This document shows, piece after piece, positions 46,541 through 56,322 of a stretch of 64,000 nt of DNA; position 1 is the first letter of the stretch; the number at the start of each line of letters is the position of its first letter. A program made the position numbers and the translations under genes. The stretch is from Candidatus Gastranaerophilales bacterium (GTDB lineage Bacteria > Cyanobacteriota > Vampirovibrionia > Gastranaerophilales > Gastranaerophilaceae). The stretch lies in contig CALUSB010000003.1 in assembly GCA_944323335.1 (NCBI GenBank), positions 3,635-67,634 of the forward strand, given 5' to 3'. A model generated the notes under the pieces. It was given only the letters and a program-made list of their open reading frames with translations. It did no database searches and had not been told where the DNA came from.

Positions 46541-46714
46541 CTAAACTCTTCTCTTGCGAGCAGCTTCAGATTTGCGTTTTCTCTTAACAGAAGGTTTTTC
46601 ATACCTTTCTCTGCGTTTGATTTCAGATAAAATTCCTGCTTTTTGAATTTTTTTCTTAAATCTTTTAAGAGCACTTTCGATATTTTCGTTCTCGCGAACT
46701 CTTACTTCAGGCAT
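46541..46714 (-). CDS. rpsU: 30S ribosomal protein S21
   Basis: Not in the ORF track (57 aa). My translation is [66 protein letters not shown] upstream. Confidence 0.9.
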   Translation of the reverse strand: MPEVRVRENENIESALKRFKKKIQKAGILSEIKRRERYEKPSVKRKRKSEAARKRRV

Positions 46715-46800
46715 ATTTTCACCTCCTTTGAAGACTTAAGTGTAACTTATGGCTTCAATATAACACGCACCAATAGCTGCGTCAAGAGATTAGACTACAT

Positions 46801-48174
46801 TTAGAGCTGTTTTGTAACAAGGGCAAAAATATCATTAAAGACAACATAAACCATAAGAAGAATTAAAAGCGCAAAAAATACTCTTGAAATCCCCTCTACA
46901 ATTTTTTCATCAAGCTCTCTGCCGCATATTTTTTCTAACGCTAAGAACATAAGGTGTCCGCCATCAAGCGCAGGAATAGGCAGAAGATTAATTATAGCAA
47001 GGTCAATACTAATAATGGCACTTAAAAGCAGCCCTTTTAGCATACCCGAGTTTTCAATGATATCGCCGCCTACTTTTGTTATTGCAACAATACCGTGCAT
47101 ATCACTAAGAGGAATTTTTCCGCTCACAAGCTGCCAAAGTCCAAGCAGCATAAGCTTTGTATTATCAACAAGATAATCCCAAGAGTGAGTAATAACATCA
47201 AGGGGTGTTTTAATGGGCAGGAAAATCTCGCTTACTTCAAGCTTTACACCTAAAAGCCCGTCCTTTGAGGTTTTTAAGTCGTTAAACACGAGCTCCTTGT
47301 CACCTCTTAAAACTTTTATTGAAAGAGGCTTGTAAGTATCTGAAATTGCACTGGCAATATCTTCAAGACTATATTCTTTATCTGCGACAAACTCACTTTT
47401 TTGATAAAGCTTTTGGGTTAAGTCCTTTTGAGTCTTTGTAAGCTCGAGCTCGTCAGGTTTGTACTTTTCAATCCCCATAAGAACATTCTGTGAAACCTTT
47501 AGTTCATCCTCAGGTGTTGATTTTGGAAGAATTATAGTTTCCCCTGTTTTTACAACAGTAGAAATTTCAGGATTCAGCGCCTTAAGTTCGGATAATTTTT
47601 TCTCAACTGTTTTATCTGAAACATAGCCGTCAAAGAATTTACTTTTTTGTACAAGAAAAATAAACTGATAAGAATTGGTTATAGGAATACCATTAACACT
47701 TATAATTTTATCATTTGGCAAAATGCCTGAGTCTTTAACATTTGACTTGACTTCAGGAGCAAAGTCTTTTACAAAAACATCATACTTGCTGCTTGGAAGT
47801 TTATGATAAAAAGCAGCGCAAAACATTACAAGAAACAGAGCAAATACAACATTTGCAAAAACACCGGCCGAGACTACAATTGCCTTTTGCCAAGGTTTTT
47901 TATTTTTAAAGCGTTTTGGTGAATCAAGCGGAAGGTTTTTAGCATCTTCATTTTCCTCATCATCATCGGGAAAAGATACATACCCTCCAAGTAAAAAGGC
48001 GTGTACGGTTATTTTTGTTTCACCGCACTTTGTTTCATACAAAACAGGGCCGATAGGAAGCCCGAGACCAAAGTGAGAAACCTGAATACCAAAAGCTCTT
48101 GCAGCAAGGTAGTGCCCCAGTTCATGCACTAAAACCAACAAACTTATTAAGATGAGCATTATAATGATATTCAT
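46801..48174 (-). CDS. rseP: RIP (site-2) zinc metalloprotease RseP, M50 family with PDZ
   Basis: 457 aa. HELGHYLAA, four TM segments, LLPIPALDGGH. Confidence 0.9.
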   Translation of the reverse strand: MNIIIMLILISLLVLVHELGHYLAARAFGIQVSHFGLGLPIGPVLYETKCGETKITVHAFLLGGYVSFPDDDEENEDAKNLPLDSPKRFKNKKPWQKAIVVSAGVFANVVFALFLVMFCAAFYHKLPSSKYDVFVKDFAPEVKSNVKDSGILPNDKIISVNGIPITNSYQFIFLVQKSKFFDGYVSDKTVEKKLSELKALNPEISTVVKTGETIILPKSTPEDELKVSQNVLMGIEKYKPDELELTKTQKDLTQKLYQKSEFVADKEYSLEDIASAISDTYKPLSIKVLRGDKELVFNDLKTSKDGLLGVKLEVSEIFLPIKTPLDVITHSWDYLVDNTKLMLLGLWQLVSGKIPLSDMHGIVAITKVGGDIIENSGMLKGLLLSAIISIDLAIINLLPIPALDGGHLMFLALEKICGRELDEKIVEGISRVFFALLILLMVYVVFNDIFALVTKQL

Positions 48175-48177
48175 ATT

Positions 48178-49302
48178 TTATTTTCTTTTTTCCGGTTTTC
48201 TTTTGACAAATCTGTACAAGCCAAAGAAAGTCGGCTTGTATGAGTTAAGATTTTTATTTGATTGAGCAAGAAGAAGTTTTAATTTTTTATTTTGCTCTTC
48301 AAGAGAGTTTACCTTTTGCTCAAGCATTTGTGATTTTTTCTCGGCTTGAATTAATTTTGTATTGTTTTTTTGGTCAGTTGAGAGAACCATAGAAACTTGT
48401 TTTGCAATTTTTTTTGCTATGGCTCTTGCTATCATATTTAGAGTTTTTTCTGAAATATCAAACTTAAAAGCGTTCTCCGGTTTTGGCGGAGTGACATCAA
48501 TATTTCTTTTTGCAAGCTCGTTTACAATGTATTTTTGAAATTTTTCCTGTGCTTGAATTGAATCAGACAAAAGTCCGATATCGTCAAAATCTTCATCACC
48601 CTCATCAGGTGTTGACATAATCTGTTGTATTTCTTTTTTTGATTCTTCTGTTGCCGGTTTTTCTTGAATATTCGGGCTTTCCGCCACAGGCTCGGAGTTC
48701 CAATACTCTTGCTGGGTCTCAACTGCAGGAGGAGTTTGTGGCAGCTCTTCCACAAAATTGTCAACAGGAGCGGTGTCGTTGCTTAATGTTTCTTGCTCAA
48801 GATTATTTTCTACAACAGATATATCCTCTTGTTTTTCTATAGGCAACTCGCCGTCTATAATATTTTGTTCACTTTGAGAATTATTATCAACAAGCTCGAC
48901 CGATACATCATCCCATCTGTGCCACTTGATATTCTCAAGAGGTATTTCTTTATTTATTTCCGATGCATCTTGACTAACGACGCTACTTTCTTCAACAACC
49001 TGCTCTACAGGCTGTTCCGTCTCATTATTTTTTTCTTCAATCGGCTGAGCGATATCCGCGGGCAAGGTCTCTTCTATAGAATCCTGTTTAGGGGACTCTT
49101 CCTGTATTTTTCTGCCCAGTACATTTTCAACAAGAATGTCGTAAGCACTTTTGTCAAAAAACTCATTACCGTCATCGTCTTCAAAAATGGCTTCAATTTT
49201 ATATTTTTTAAGAAAAGAGTCAAGCGTCAGGTAGTCGACAAAAAAGCCGTCCTGAGCAAGCTTATTCAATATGTCATTTTTAGAGTAAACTTTTGACTCC
49301 AT
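48178..49302 (-). CDS. Acidic hypothetical protein with C-terminal coiled coil and basic tail
   Basis: 374 aa with an E/D/Q-rich middle. C-terminal heptad-like KSQMLEQKVNSLEEQNKKLKLLL and FFGLYRFVKRKPEKRK. Located 3 nt upstream of rseP. Confidence 0.6.
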   Translation of the reverse strand: MESKVYSKNDILNKLAQDGFFVDYLTLDSFLKKYKIEAIFEDDDGNEFFDKSAYDILVENVLGRKIQEESPKQDSIEETLPADIAQPIEEKNNETEQPVEQVVEESSVVSQDASEINKEIPLENIKWHRWDDVSVELVDNNSQSEQNIIDGELPIEKQEDISVVENNLEQETLSNDTAPVDNFVEELPQTPPAVETQQEYWNSEPVAESPNIQEKPATEESKKEIQQIMSTPDEGDEDFDDIGLLSDSIQAQEKFQKYIVNELAKRNIDVTPPKPENAFKFDISEKTLNMIARAIAKKIAKQVSMVLSTDQKNNTKLIQAEKKSQMLEQKVNSLEEQNKKLKLLLAQSNKNLNSYKPTFFGLYRFVKRKPEKRK

Positions 49303-49442
49303 CTTAAATACCGTGGTGCTAACTTTATTGATTATATATTAAACTACAAATCAAAACAACATTGACTTATAGGAGATATTTTTCAAGAAAATGCCCCCGT
49401 TATAGAGGCTTATTGGTTGAGTATTATTTTGTTTTAATAAAA

Positions 49443-50582
49443 TTATACTGCTGTTTTTCTGTTATTTATTCCGGCCCTTAAGCCTTGAGCAAGGTCTTTT
49501 CTGCCGCTTTGTTCGTAAATCCTTGTAACAGATTCAAGGAATTTTATATTTTCAATAGAAGCTTGTTGTTTTTGCATTTTTGGTGCTTCTTTTTGCACAG
49601 GTCTTGATACAAATTGACTTGCCGGTTTTTGAACTCTTTTTTGATACGCAACTTGAGACTGAGAATTAACAGGTGTTGCATAAGGATTTTTCTGTGCATT
49701 TTGATAAGCACCAAGAGCGTAGTTCTGTTTTATTGCATTTCTTTGAGGCAGAACTTGTCTTTGTGGTCTTTGATAAGAAGGTACACTATGCATAGCCCTT
49801 GGCATAACACTCGGACGAGTTTGAGTTTGAGGAACTCTTCTTAGAGCAGGAGCCTCTTTATAAACCGTATCAAGCGGATTTGTTTTTTCTTCTTCATTAT
49901 TTTTTTGATAAGCAGAGCTTAGCCCTATAAGAGGTTCTTCTTGCAGCTTAACTTTAGCAAAAACTTTCCTTGATACAACAACTGAAGCTACAAGAAGCAC
50001 AAGACAGATAACAAGTGTCATATCACCTCTGCCGTCAAATATTCCAAAAAATGAACCTAAAAGATGTTCGGGGTTAAAGGAGTTGTCATTCCAGTCAATA
50101 TCTTCTTGAGCTATTTCATCTATATTGTTTGTCGGACGGTATTCTCTTATAGGTCTGTTTAGTACAAGCTCGTTTGTGGCACCGCTGCCTGTTTGTTGAG
50201 ATGTTTTAAATGCAAGTTGAGTCGAGCTTGTGTTTATACCGTTTACATAAATTCTTACTTTAGAGTTTTCAAGCTGCTGAACAATAACGGCGTCAATTCC
50301 TGAAACATCATCATAAATAGTATCAACATTATCAACGGTTAGCGCGTTTTTTAAATCAAAATAGATACTGTCAGAGTTTTCTGCCTTTGCTTTGTACTCT
50401 ACAGGTTTATCAGCCTTAACTGTCAACTTATATGCGCCGTTTAATTCTTTCGGTTTAGAAATTGTAACTGAAGTTATCAGACTCTCTTGAGCAAAAGCTG
50501 CACCGCAGAGTAAAATAAAAGCGCTGAGCGCAATCAATATTTTCTTAAAACCGAACACAAATGCCCTTACCATAATACTCAA
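49443..50582 (-). CDS. AMIN-domain membrane protein with Pro/Gln-rich C-terminal region
   Basis: 379 aa with a signal peptide (ILIALSAFILLCGAAFAQE). AMIN-like beta domain (YKLTVKADKPVEYKA...IYFDLKNA...VRIYVNG), TM MTLVICLVLLVASVVV, then Q/P/R-rich low complexity. Confidence 0.6.
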   Translation of the reverse strand: MSIMVRAFVFGFKKILIALSAFILLCGAAFAQESLITSVTISKPKELNGAYKLTVKADKPVEYKAKAENSDSIYFDLKNALTVDNVDTIYDDVSGIDAVIVQQLENSKVRIYVNGINTSSTQLAFKTSQQTGSGATNELVLNRPIREYRPTNNIDEIAQEDIDWNDNSFNPEHLLGSFFGIFDGRGDMTLVICLVLLVASVVVSRKVFAKVKLQEEPLIGLSSAYQKNNEEEKTNPLDTVYKEAPALRRVPQTQTRPSVMPRAMHSVPSYQRPQRQVLPQRNAIKQNYALGAYQNAQKNPYATPVNSQSQVAYQKRVQKPASQFVSRPVQKEAPKMQKQQASIENIKFLESVTRIYEQSGRKDLAQGLRAGINNRKTAV

Positions 50583-50688
50583 ATACTCTCCCTAATCAAG
50601 TTTTGTTATAACTAAACAATAGCTTGTTTCAGGAAGAGTATCATCAATCTCGGGGTTTAAAAAATATCTCAATCTAAAGATTTATTTT

Positions 50689-51159
50689 TTAGTTTATATT
50701 AGCAATTAAATTTGCCATCTCAATAGCCGCCTTAGCTGCTTCTGAGCCCTTATTACCCGCTTTTGTACCGGCTCGTTCAATTGCCTGCTCGATATTATCC
50801 GTTGTAAGAACTCCAAATATTACAGGCAACCCTTCTGATAAAGAAACTGAGGCTATTCCTTTTGATAATTCTGCGCAAACATAGTCATAGTGCGAGGTTG
50901 AACCCTTAATAATAGCGCCTAACGTCACAATAGCGCAGTATTTTTTTGTTTGGGCGGCTTTTTTTGCCATAAGAGGTATTTCAAAAGCGCCCGGGACCCA
51001 GATTATATCAATATTTTCTTCATCCACACCAAGACGCACAAAAGAATCAACAGCGCCTGATAAAAGCTTTGAACCTATAAATTCATTAAATCTTGAAACT
51101 ATAATGCAAAATTTGTCGGTTTTATTTGCGTATAAATTTCCCTGAAAAGTGTTTGTCAT
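50689..51159 (-). CDS. ribH: 6,7-dimethyl-8-ribityllumazine synthase
   Basis: 156 aa. [27 protein letters not shown]. Confidence 0.95.
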   Translation of the reverse strand: MTNTFQGNLYANKTDKFCIIVSRFNEFIGSKLLSGAVDSFVRLGVDEENIDIIWVPGAFEIPLMAKKAAQTKKYCAIVTLGAIIKGSTSHYDYVCAELSKGIASVSLSEGLPVIFGVLTTDNIEQAIERAGTKAGNKGSEAAKAAIEMANLIANIN

Positions 51160-51211
51160 AGATGCATCCTTTGTTGACTACAAAAAGGATATTAACACAA
51201 AAATAATTTTA

Positions 51212-51245
51212 CATAAAGAAAAAGGCTTTTGAAAATCAAAAGCCT
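51212..51245 (-). terminator. Intrinsic-terminator-like hairpin on the minus strand, 53-86 nt upstream of the ribH start
   Basis: 10-bp perfect stem AGGCTTTTGA/TCAAAAGCCT (51223-51232 / 51236-51245) with a 3-nt loop. On the minus strand it is followed by UUUUUCUUUAU. Confidence 0.5.
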
Positions 51246-51774
51246 CTCGGAATACTTGTTTAGTAATTCCTCGTGTGTGAAGTGAAGGTTAGTGTGTGTT
51301 GGTTAGAAAGTACATCTTTTATGTTTTGTTATATCTTGTTTATCGCTTACATATATATAAAGTATTTCAGTTTTGAAAAATTGCGCACTTTTTTATTTTC
51401 GTTACATTAGTTTACAAATAGGGGTAAGTGCATAGTATGACTACATTTTTAGCCACAACAGCCAACACTGCATGAATATTAAGTAATGTTAAGAAAACGA
51501 TTTTTATTTTATTTTTCTGTAATATTTGTTTACAAAAGACTTGTTATTTTAAATGCGTAGTGATATATTAAAGATATACAAAATATATCTTTTCTCATAC
51601 GGTCTTTGTTTTTAGGTTTTATTTAACACACTTTTAAAAAACTTTTTGTTGTATCTTTAAATTTTTATTCGCTTAAACTACCGCCAAAAAGGCGCGGCGC
51701 GGCTTGCAAATTTTTTGTGCGCCAAAATTACACCGGAAAAAATTATGGTTAGAAATATTTAGGAGATGTCTTTT

Positions 51775-52665
51775 ATGAAAAATTCACTTAAAACAAAAAA
51801 TTCAACTTTAGCCCTAAGCTATGATGAAAGCTTAAATGAATACGTTAAAAAAATATCCAAATACCCGATTTTAACTCCTCAAAAAGAAAAAGAGCTTGCA
51901 CGCTTAAGTTCTCAAGGAGATGAAAATGCAAGAAAAGAGCTCATACAGTCAAACTTAAGACTTGTATTTAATGTTGCAAAAAAATCTATTCACTCAACCT
52001 CGCTAAGCTTAAGCGACCTTATTCAAGAGGGCAATATGGGACTTATGGCGGCAGCAGACAAATTTAACTGGAAACTGGGGTACAAATTTTCTACCTATGC
52101 TACTTGGTGGATAAAACAAGCAATGTTTAAAGCAATATCGGAGCAGTCTTATTCGATGAAAATCCCTGTTTATATTCAAGAAACATTATCTAAATACAAA
52201 AAAGTAAAATCCTCTCTTGAGCAAAAATACGGCTGCAGTGTTAAAAACTCAGAAATCGCAAAACATATTGGCTACAGTGAAGAAAAAATAGATTTATTTT
52301 TAAACTCATACACAAAAGCTCTTTCACTTGAAACAGGTTTTGAAACACAAAACGACTCTTCCTCAACTCGCGAGATGAGCCTTAGCGAGATTATTGAAGA
52401 TGAAAAACAAAATGTTGAAAAATACGTACTTGATAAACAACTGAAACACGATATCGCATGCGCCCTTGAATGTCTTAAATCAAGAGAAAAAGAGGTAATA
52501 ACTCTTCGCTTTGGTCTAAATGAAAGCGCAAGAAAAACACTTGAAGAAATAGGCAACATCTATGGCGTTACAAAAGAATGTATAAGGCAGATTGAAAAAC
52601 GTGCCATACAAAAAATTAACTCTACAAAATCTGCTCGCCAAATGCTTTTAGGGTATATTATTTAA
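51775..52665 (+). CDS. RNA polymerase sigma-70 family factor (RpoD-like, group 2-type, no region 1.1)
   Basis: ATG 51775 lies 9 nt after AGGAG. The ATG at 51766 is in frame but abuts the SD. Motifs: DLIQEGNMGLMAAADKF, YATWWIKQAM, region 4 LEEIGNIYGVTKECIRQIEKRA. Confidence 0.85.
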   Translation: MKNSLKTKNSTLALSYDESLNEYVKKISKYPILTPQKEKELARLSSQGDENARKELIQSNLRLVFNVAKKSIHSTSLSLSDLIQEGNMGLMAAADKFNWKLGYKFSTYATWWIKQAMFKAISEQSYSMKIPVYIQETLSKYKKVKSSLEQKYGCSVKNSEIAKHIGYSEEKIDLFLNSYTKALSLETGFETQNDSSSTREMSLSEIIEDEKQNVEKYVLDKQLKHDIACALECLKSREKEVITLRFGLNESARKTLEEIGNIYGVTKECIRQIEKRAIQKINSTKSARQMLLGYII

Positions 52666-53377
52666 CTTTAGCTATTACATAAAGGGGATTATAAGTAAGC
52701 TCAAATCCGTTATCGTCAAAAAACAAGTCTTTATATTTTTTCTCAAATTCTCTATACCTTTGAGCTCCCCAAGATTTAGAGTCAGAAACCGAAGCGCCCG
52801 TTGATTTTATATGATACAAAATATCTTTTACGCTCTTAAAATAAATTGTTTGAATCTCTTGTTCAAATTCAATAACTTCATATCCGCAGCTACTAAGCAC
52901 ATTTTTATAATCACAGTAATTAAGCCCTGTTTTTTCTATCATTTTAAACTGCTTACAGTTCTGCTCGCCAAAGCTTGAAAAGGCCAAAAGAGCACCGCTT
53001 GTCAGATTGTTTTTAATTTTATTTAAAAAAGTATCAAAACTGCTAAACCATTGAAAACAGGCATTTGAAATTATCAAATCATATTTATCCAAAAAATCAA
53101 CCCTGCAGGCGTCACCCTTTACAAACTCTAAATCGCTGAAGCCTGTAAAGTTATCTGTAATATCATTGAGCGTAAGTTTTGAATAATTTAAACTTTTTAC
53201 GATATTTTCTGTTAAAAAACCCGTACCCGAGCCAATTTCAAGAATTTTTTCAAAATTTGAATTGCAAAAATTGACAAGATGTCTGCACAGCGCATCTGCC
53301 ATGTGCTTTTGCACAAGGGCATTTTGCCTGTATGTGTCAGCTGCTTTTGAAAAATCATTGGACTTGTCTTTTTGCAT
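52658..53377 (-). CDS. bioC: Malonyl-ACP O-methyltransferase BioC
   Basis: 239 aa. FSKAADTYRQNALVQKHMADAL, SAM motif ILEIGSGTG. Confidence 0.75.
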   Translation of the reverse strand: MQKDKSNDFSKAADTYRQNALVQKHMADALCRHLVNFCNSNFEKILEIGSGTGFLTENIVKSLNYSKLTLNDITDNFTGFSDLEFVKGDACRVDFLDKYDLIISNACFQWFSSFDTFLNKIKNNLTSGALLAFSSFGEQNCKQFKMIEKTGLNYCDYKNVLSSCGYEVIEFEQEIQTIYFKSVKDILYHIKSTGASVSDSKSWGAQRYREFEKKYKDLFFDDNGFELTYNPLYVIAKVK

Positions 53378-53382
53378 AAAAA

Positions 53383-54066
53383 CTAAACCTCAAGAATTTC
53401 ATAAAAATCCTTAAATTCAAAAAACGGAAAATGCCCGCACTCAAGTTCCAGCTTGTTTTTGTGTGCTGCCCAAAAATTTGCCTGCGAAGAGTAGGGAAAA
53501 ATCCTGTCTTTTTTTGCAATAACAACTCTGTCAAAATCAAAATTTTTCTTAAACCAGGTTTTTTTTGAAACCATTTTTATATTCAAAAGTTCATCGGCAA
53601 GATTCTCTATTCTTCTGTTTGCTCTTTTGATATTAAGCGGAGAGGACGCACCAAGCGCCATTTTCTTTTCAAATTTTTCTATAGTGTCGTTATTTAGCGA
53701 ATTTGCCATAAGGTCAAATATTTTTTCATTGACGCCATAATCATTATCCACAGGGCAAAAAGTACCGCAAATAGCGCAGCTTGAATCAATCTGAGGCAAT
53801 AAGTCCTGATTATATACATAATTTAGCGCCCAAACACCGTAAGAATAAGCAATAACGTAGATTTCAGTGTATGGAAGAAAATCAAAATACTCAAGGGGAT
53901 TATTTTCCATATCAGAATAGTCATAAACAAAAAGCAGGTCGCTTTTTGAATTATCAAATTCTATAAAGCAGTTGGCGTCTGTATAAAACCCGCAGAAAAA
54001 AATTATCAACGAATTTTTATTGTGGCATATAAATTCAGTTTTCAAAACAAACCTCGCAAAATTCAC
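53383..54066 (-). CDS. bioG: Pimeloyl-ACP methyl ester esterase BioG-like (DUF452)
   Basis: 227 aa. LIIFFCGFYTD, nucleophile-elbow-like AYSYGVW. Positioned immediately upstream of bioC. Confidence 0.6.
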   Translation of the reverse strand: MNFARFVLKTEFICHNKNSLIIFFCGFYTDANCFIEFDNSKSDLLFVYDYSDMENNPLEYFDFLPYTEIYVIAYSYGVWALNYVYNQDLLPQIDSSCAICGTFCPVDNDYGVNEKIFDLMANSLNNDTIEKFEKKMALGASSPLNIKRANRRIENLADELLNIKMVSKKTWFKKNFDFDRVVIAKKDRIFPYSSQANFWAAHKNKLELECGHFPFFEFKDFYEILEV

Positions 54067-54165
54067 ACTCTTAAAATAAATAATACCAAAAACAACTCTT
54101 TAAGGGTATGAAAAAAACTCTTATTGTATTATAATTTCATAACGCAAGAAAAAAAGGTTAAGCCA

Positions 54166-56322
54166 ATGAAAAAAAAGCTGATTGTAATATTTGCGGCATT
54201 TTTGTTTTTAACAAATATATCTTATGCCCAAAATACTCCGACTCAAGAAGAAATACAAAAGTATAATTTATACTACAACAACGGTATTTCTAATCTGAAA
54301 AACAAAAAATACTCTTCTGCAATAGTAGAGTTTAAAAAAGTTCTAAGGTTTCAACCCTATGATGATACGGTAAGACAATCACTCTGCCTTGCTTATCTTG
54401 CACGCGCCGACTACTACGTAAGTGAGGAAAAAAACCCTAAAAAAGCAATTGCCGATTTAAAAAGCGCACTTTTTTATATGAAATACTGGAGTGATACACA
54501 GGGTGAGAAAGAGCAAAATATGGAAAACTCGGCTCTTAGCAACCTTGCCTCGCTTCAAAGAAGATATGAAGCAAATCTCACTCCCGCACAAAAATTCCAA
54601 AACGCTAAAACACTTCGCGCTCAGGGAGAACTACCCGCTGCAGCATATGATTTCTTGACTCTGAGGAATAACTCTCAATATGCAAAAACCGCAAATGAAA
54701 ACGCCGGAGATATTTTTAAAGCATTAAATAACAGTTTAAAAGCAATTGACTGCTACAGACAAGCTCTTAAGGCAGAGCCAAAGGATGCCAAATTGCACTT
54801 TAAATACGCTGTTATTTTAGATGAAGCCAACAATCAAGACGCTGCAGCAGAAGAGTATAACCTTGCTCTTAAATACGGCGAAAAAAATCCCGAACTTCTT
54901 GATATTCTTGAAAACCTCTGGCGCTCAAGAACAATAAACAACCCGAATAACGCTCAGGCGTATATTAACATGGGTACTGTTTATCAAATGAGAGGGGACT
55001 TAGTTAGTGCAAAAGCTCAATACCAAAAGGCTCTTTCTCTTGCGCCAAATGATAAAACCGCCCTTTTAAACCTTGCATCTCTTTATGCCGCACAAGGTGC
55101 AACGGCACAGGCAAATGCACTGTACGATAAGCTTCTTGCAAAAAATCCAAATGACCTTGACATTATAAGATACAAAGCCTCAACCTATGAGGCTCAAAAA
55201 GACTACAAAAACGCACTTATGCAATATAAGGCAATTCTTGCAATTTCTCCAAATGATAACGATGCAAAAAACGCTATAGCAGACATTGTAAACAATAAAT
55301 TTACGCCTGCGGATAAATACAACTACATGCTGCTTGAGGCAAATTCAAATCCCACAAACTACGACCTGCAGTACGCTTACGCTTATGAAATGCACAAGCA
55401 AAAAAAATACGACGAAGCGCTTAAATATTACCTCAGGGCAATTGAACTTAACCCCAAAAAACAAGAGGGTTACATAAATGCGGCACAAATCTATACACTT
55501 AAAAACGACTATGCAAACGCTCTGGATATATTAAACAGGGGTATTGCTCAAATACCATACGGAGCCGAGCTTTTAGCACAAAAAGACACTCTTGAGAAAA
55601 ACCAAGCAGGACAGCTTTATGAGAACGCTTCAAAACTCTATGAGGCAAAAAACTACAAAGGCGCGCTTGAAAATTACTTAAAAATAAAAGAGCAGACACC
55701 TGAGGTTTTATTTGCAATTGCGGGTTGTTATTTTGAACTGAAAGATTATAACAATGCCAACTTATACTATCAAAAAGTTCTGCAAAAAGAACCTCAAAAC
55801 CAACAGGCACTATACTATAGTGCTATGTCATATTCTGAAATGGGCGAAAATGACAAAGCTTTAACGCTGTTTAATAAAATAATTACAATTAACCCTCAAA
55901 ATACTGACGCAAAAGAGGCAATTAATGCCATTAGAGAGGCTCAATCGGCTCAAGAGTTAGAAAACGCCATAGCAAAATACGAACAAAAAGACTTCGCCGG
56001 CGCTATGCCTGTTTTAAATAAAATACTTATGAAAGAGCCAAAAAACACATATGCTCTTTATTACAGGGGTTTAATCCTTGAAGAACAAAAAAATCAAAAA
56101 GAAGCTAACGAGTGCTTTAAGGCTGCAATTAATGCTGATAACAACTTTGCACTTGCATACTACTCATACGCCCTTGGTCTGGATAACCTTGAAAAGTACC
56201 AAGAAGCAGTCACTAACTACGATAAATTCCTTGAACTTAAACTAAAAGAAGGAGAGGATGAATACACAAAATTTGCACGCGACAGAGTAAGTGAATTAAG
56301 AAAATTTTTAAACAGTAAATAA
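54166..56322 (+). CDS. Secreted/periplasmic TPR-repeat protein
   Basis: ATG 54166 gives the signal peptide MKKKLIVIFAAFLFLTNISYAQ (the track start at 54124 is TTG). TPR-like 34-aa repeats run throughout. Confidence 0.8.
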   Translation: MKKKLIVIFAAFLFLTNISYAQNTPTQEEIQKYNLYYNNGISNLKNKKYSSAIVEFKKVLRFQPYDDTVRQSLCLAYLARADYYVSEEKNPKKAIADLKSALFYMKYWSDTQGEKEQNMENSALSNLASLQRRYEANLTPAQKFQNAKTLRAQGELPAAAYDFLTLRNNSQYAKTANENAGDIFKALNNSLKAIDCYRQALKAEPKDAKLHFKYAVILDEANNQDAAAEEYNLALKYGEKNPELLDILENLWRSRTINNPNNAQAYINMGTVYQMRGDLVSAKAQYQKALSLAPNDKTALLNLASLYAAQGATAQANALYDKLLAKNPNDLDIIRYKASTYEAQKDYKNALMQYKAILAISPNDNDAKNAIADIVNNKFTPADKYNYMLLEANSNPTNYDLQYAYAYEMHKQKKYDEALKYYLRAIELNPKKQEGYINAAQIYTLKNDYANALDILNRGIAQIPYGAELLAQKDTLEKNQAGQLYENASKLYEAKNYKGALENYLKIKEQTPEVLFAIAGCYFELKDYNNANLYYQKVLQKEPQNQQALYYSAMSYSEMGENDKALTLFNKIITINPQNTDAKEAINAIREAQSAQELENAIAKYEQKDFAGAMPVLNKILMKEPKNTYALYYRGLILEEQKNQKEANECFKAAINADNNFALAYYSYALGLDNLEKYQEAVTNYDKFLELKLKEGEDEYTKFARDRVSELRKFLNSK

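Noticed and set aside
51160-51330. Possible FMN riboswitch upstream of ribH
   Set aside because: I cannot find the conserved FMN-element core strings (e.g. GGGCGGGG...CCGGCGGTA, GGATGGGAGA-type segments) on the minus strand. Only a terminator hairpin and a CA-rich tract are present. I kept it as an unexplained non-coding region instead.
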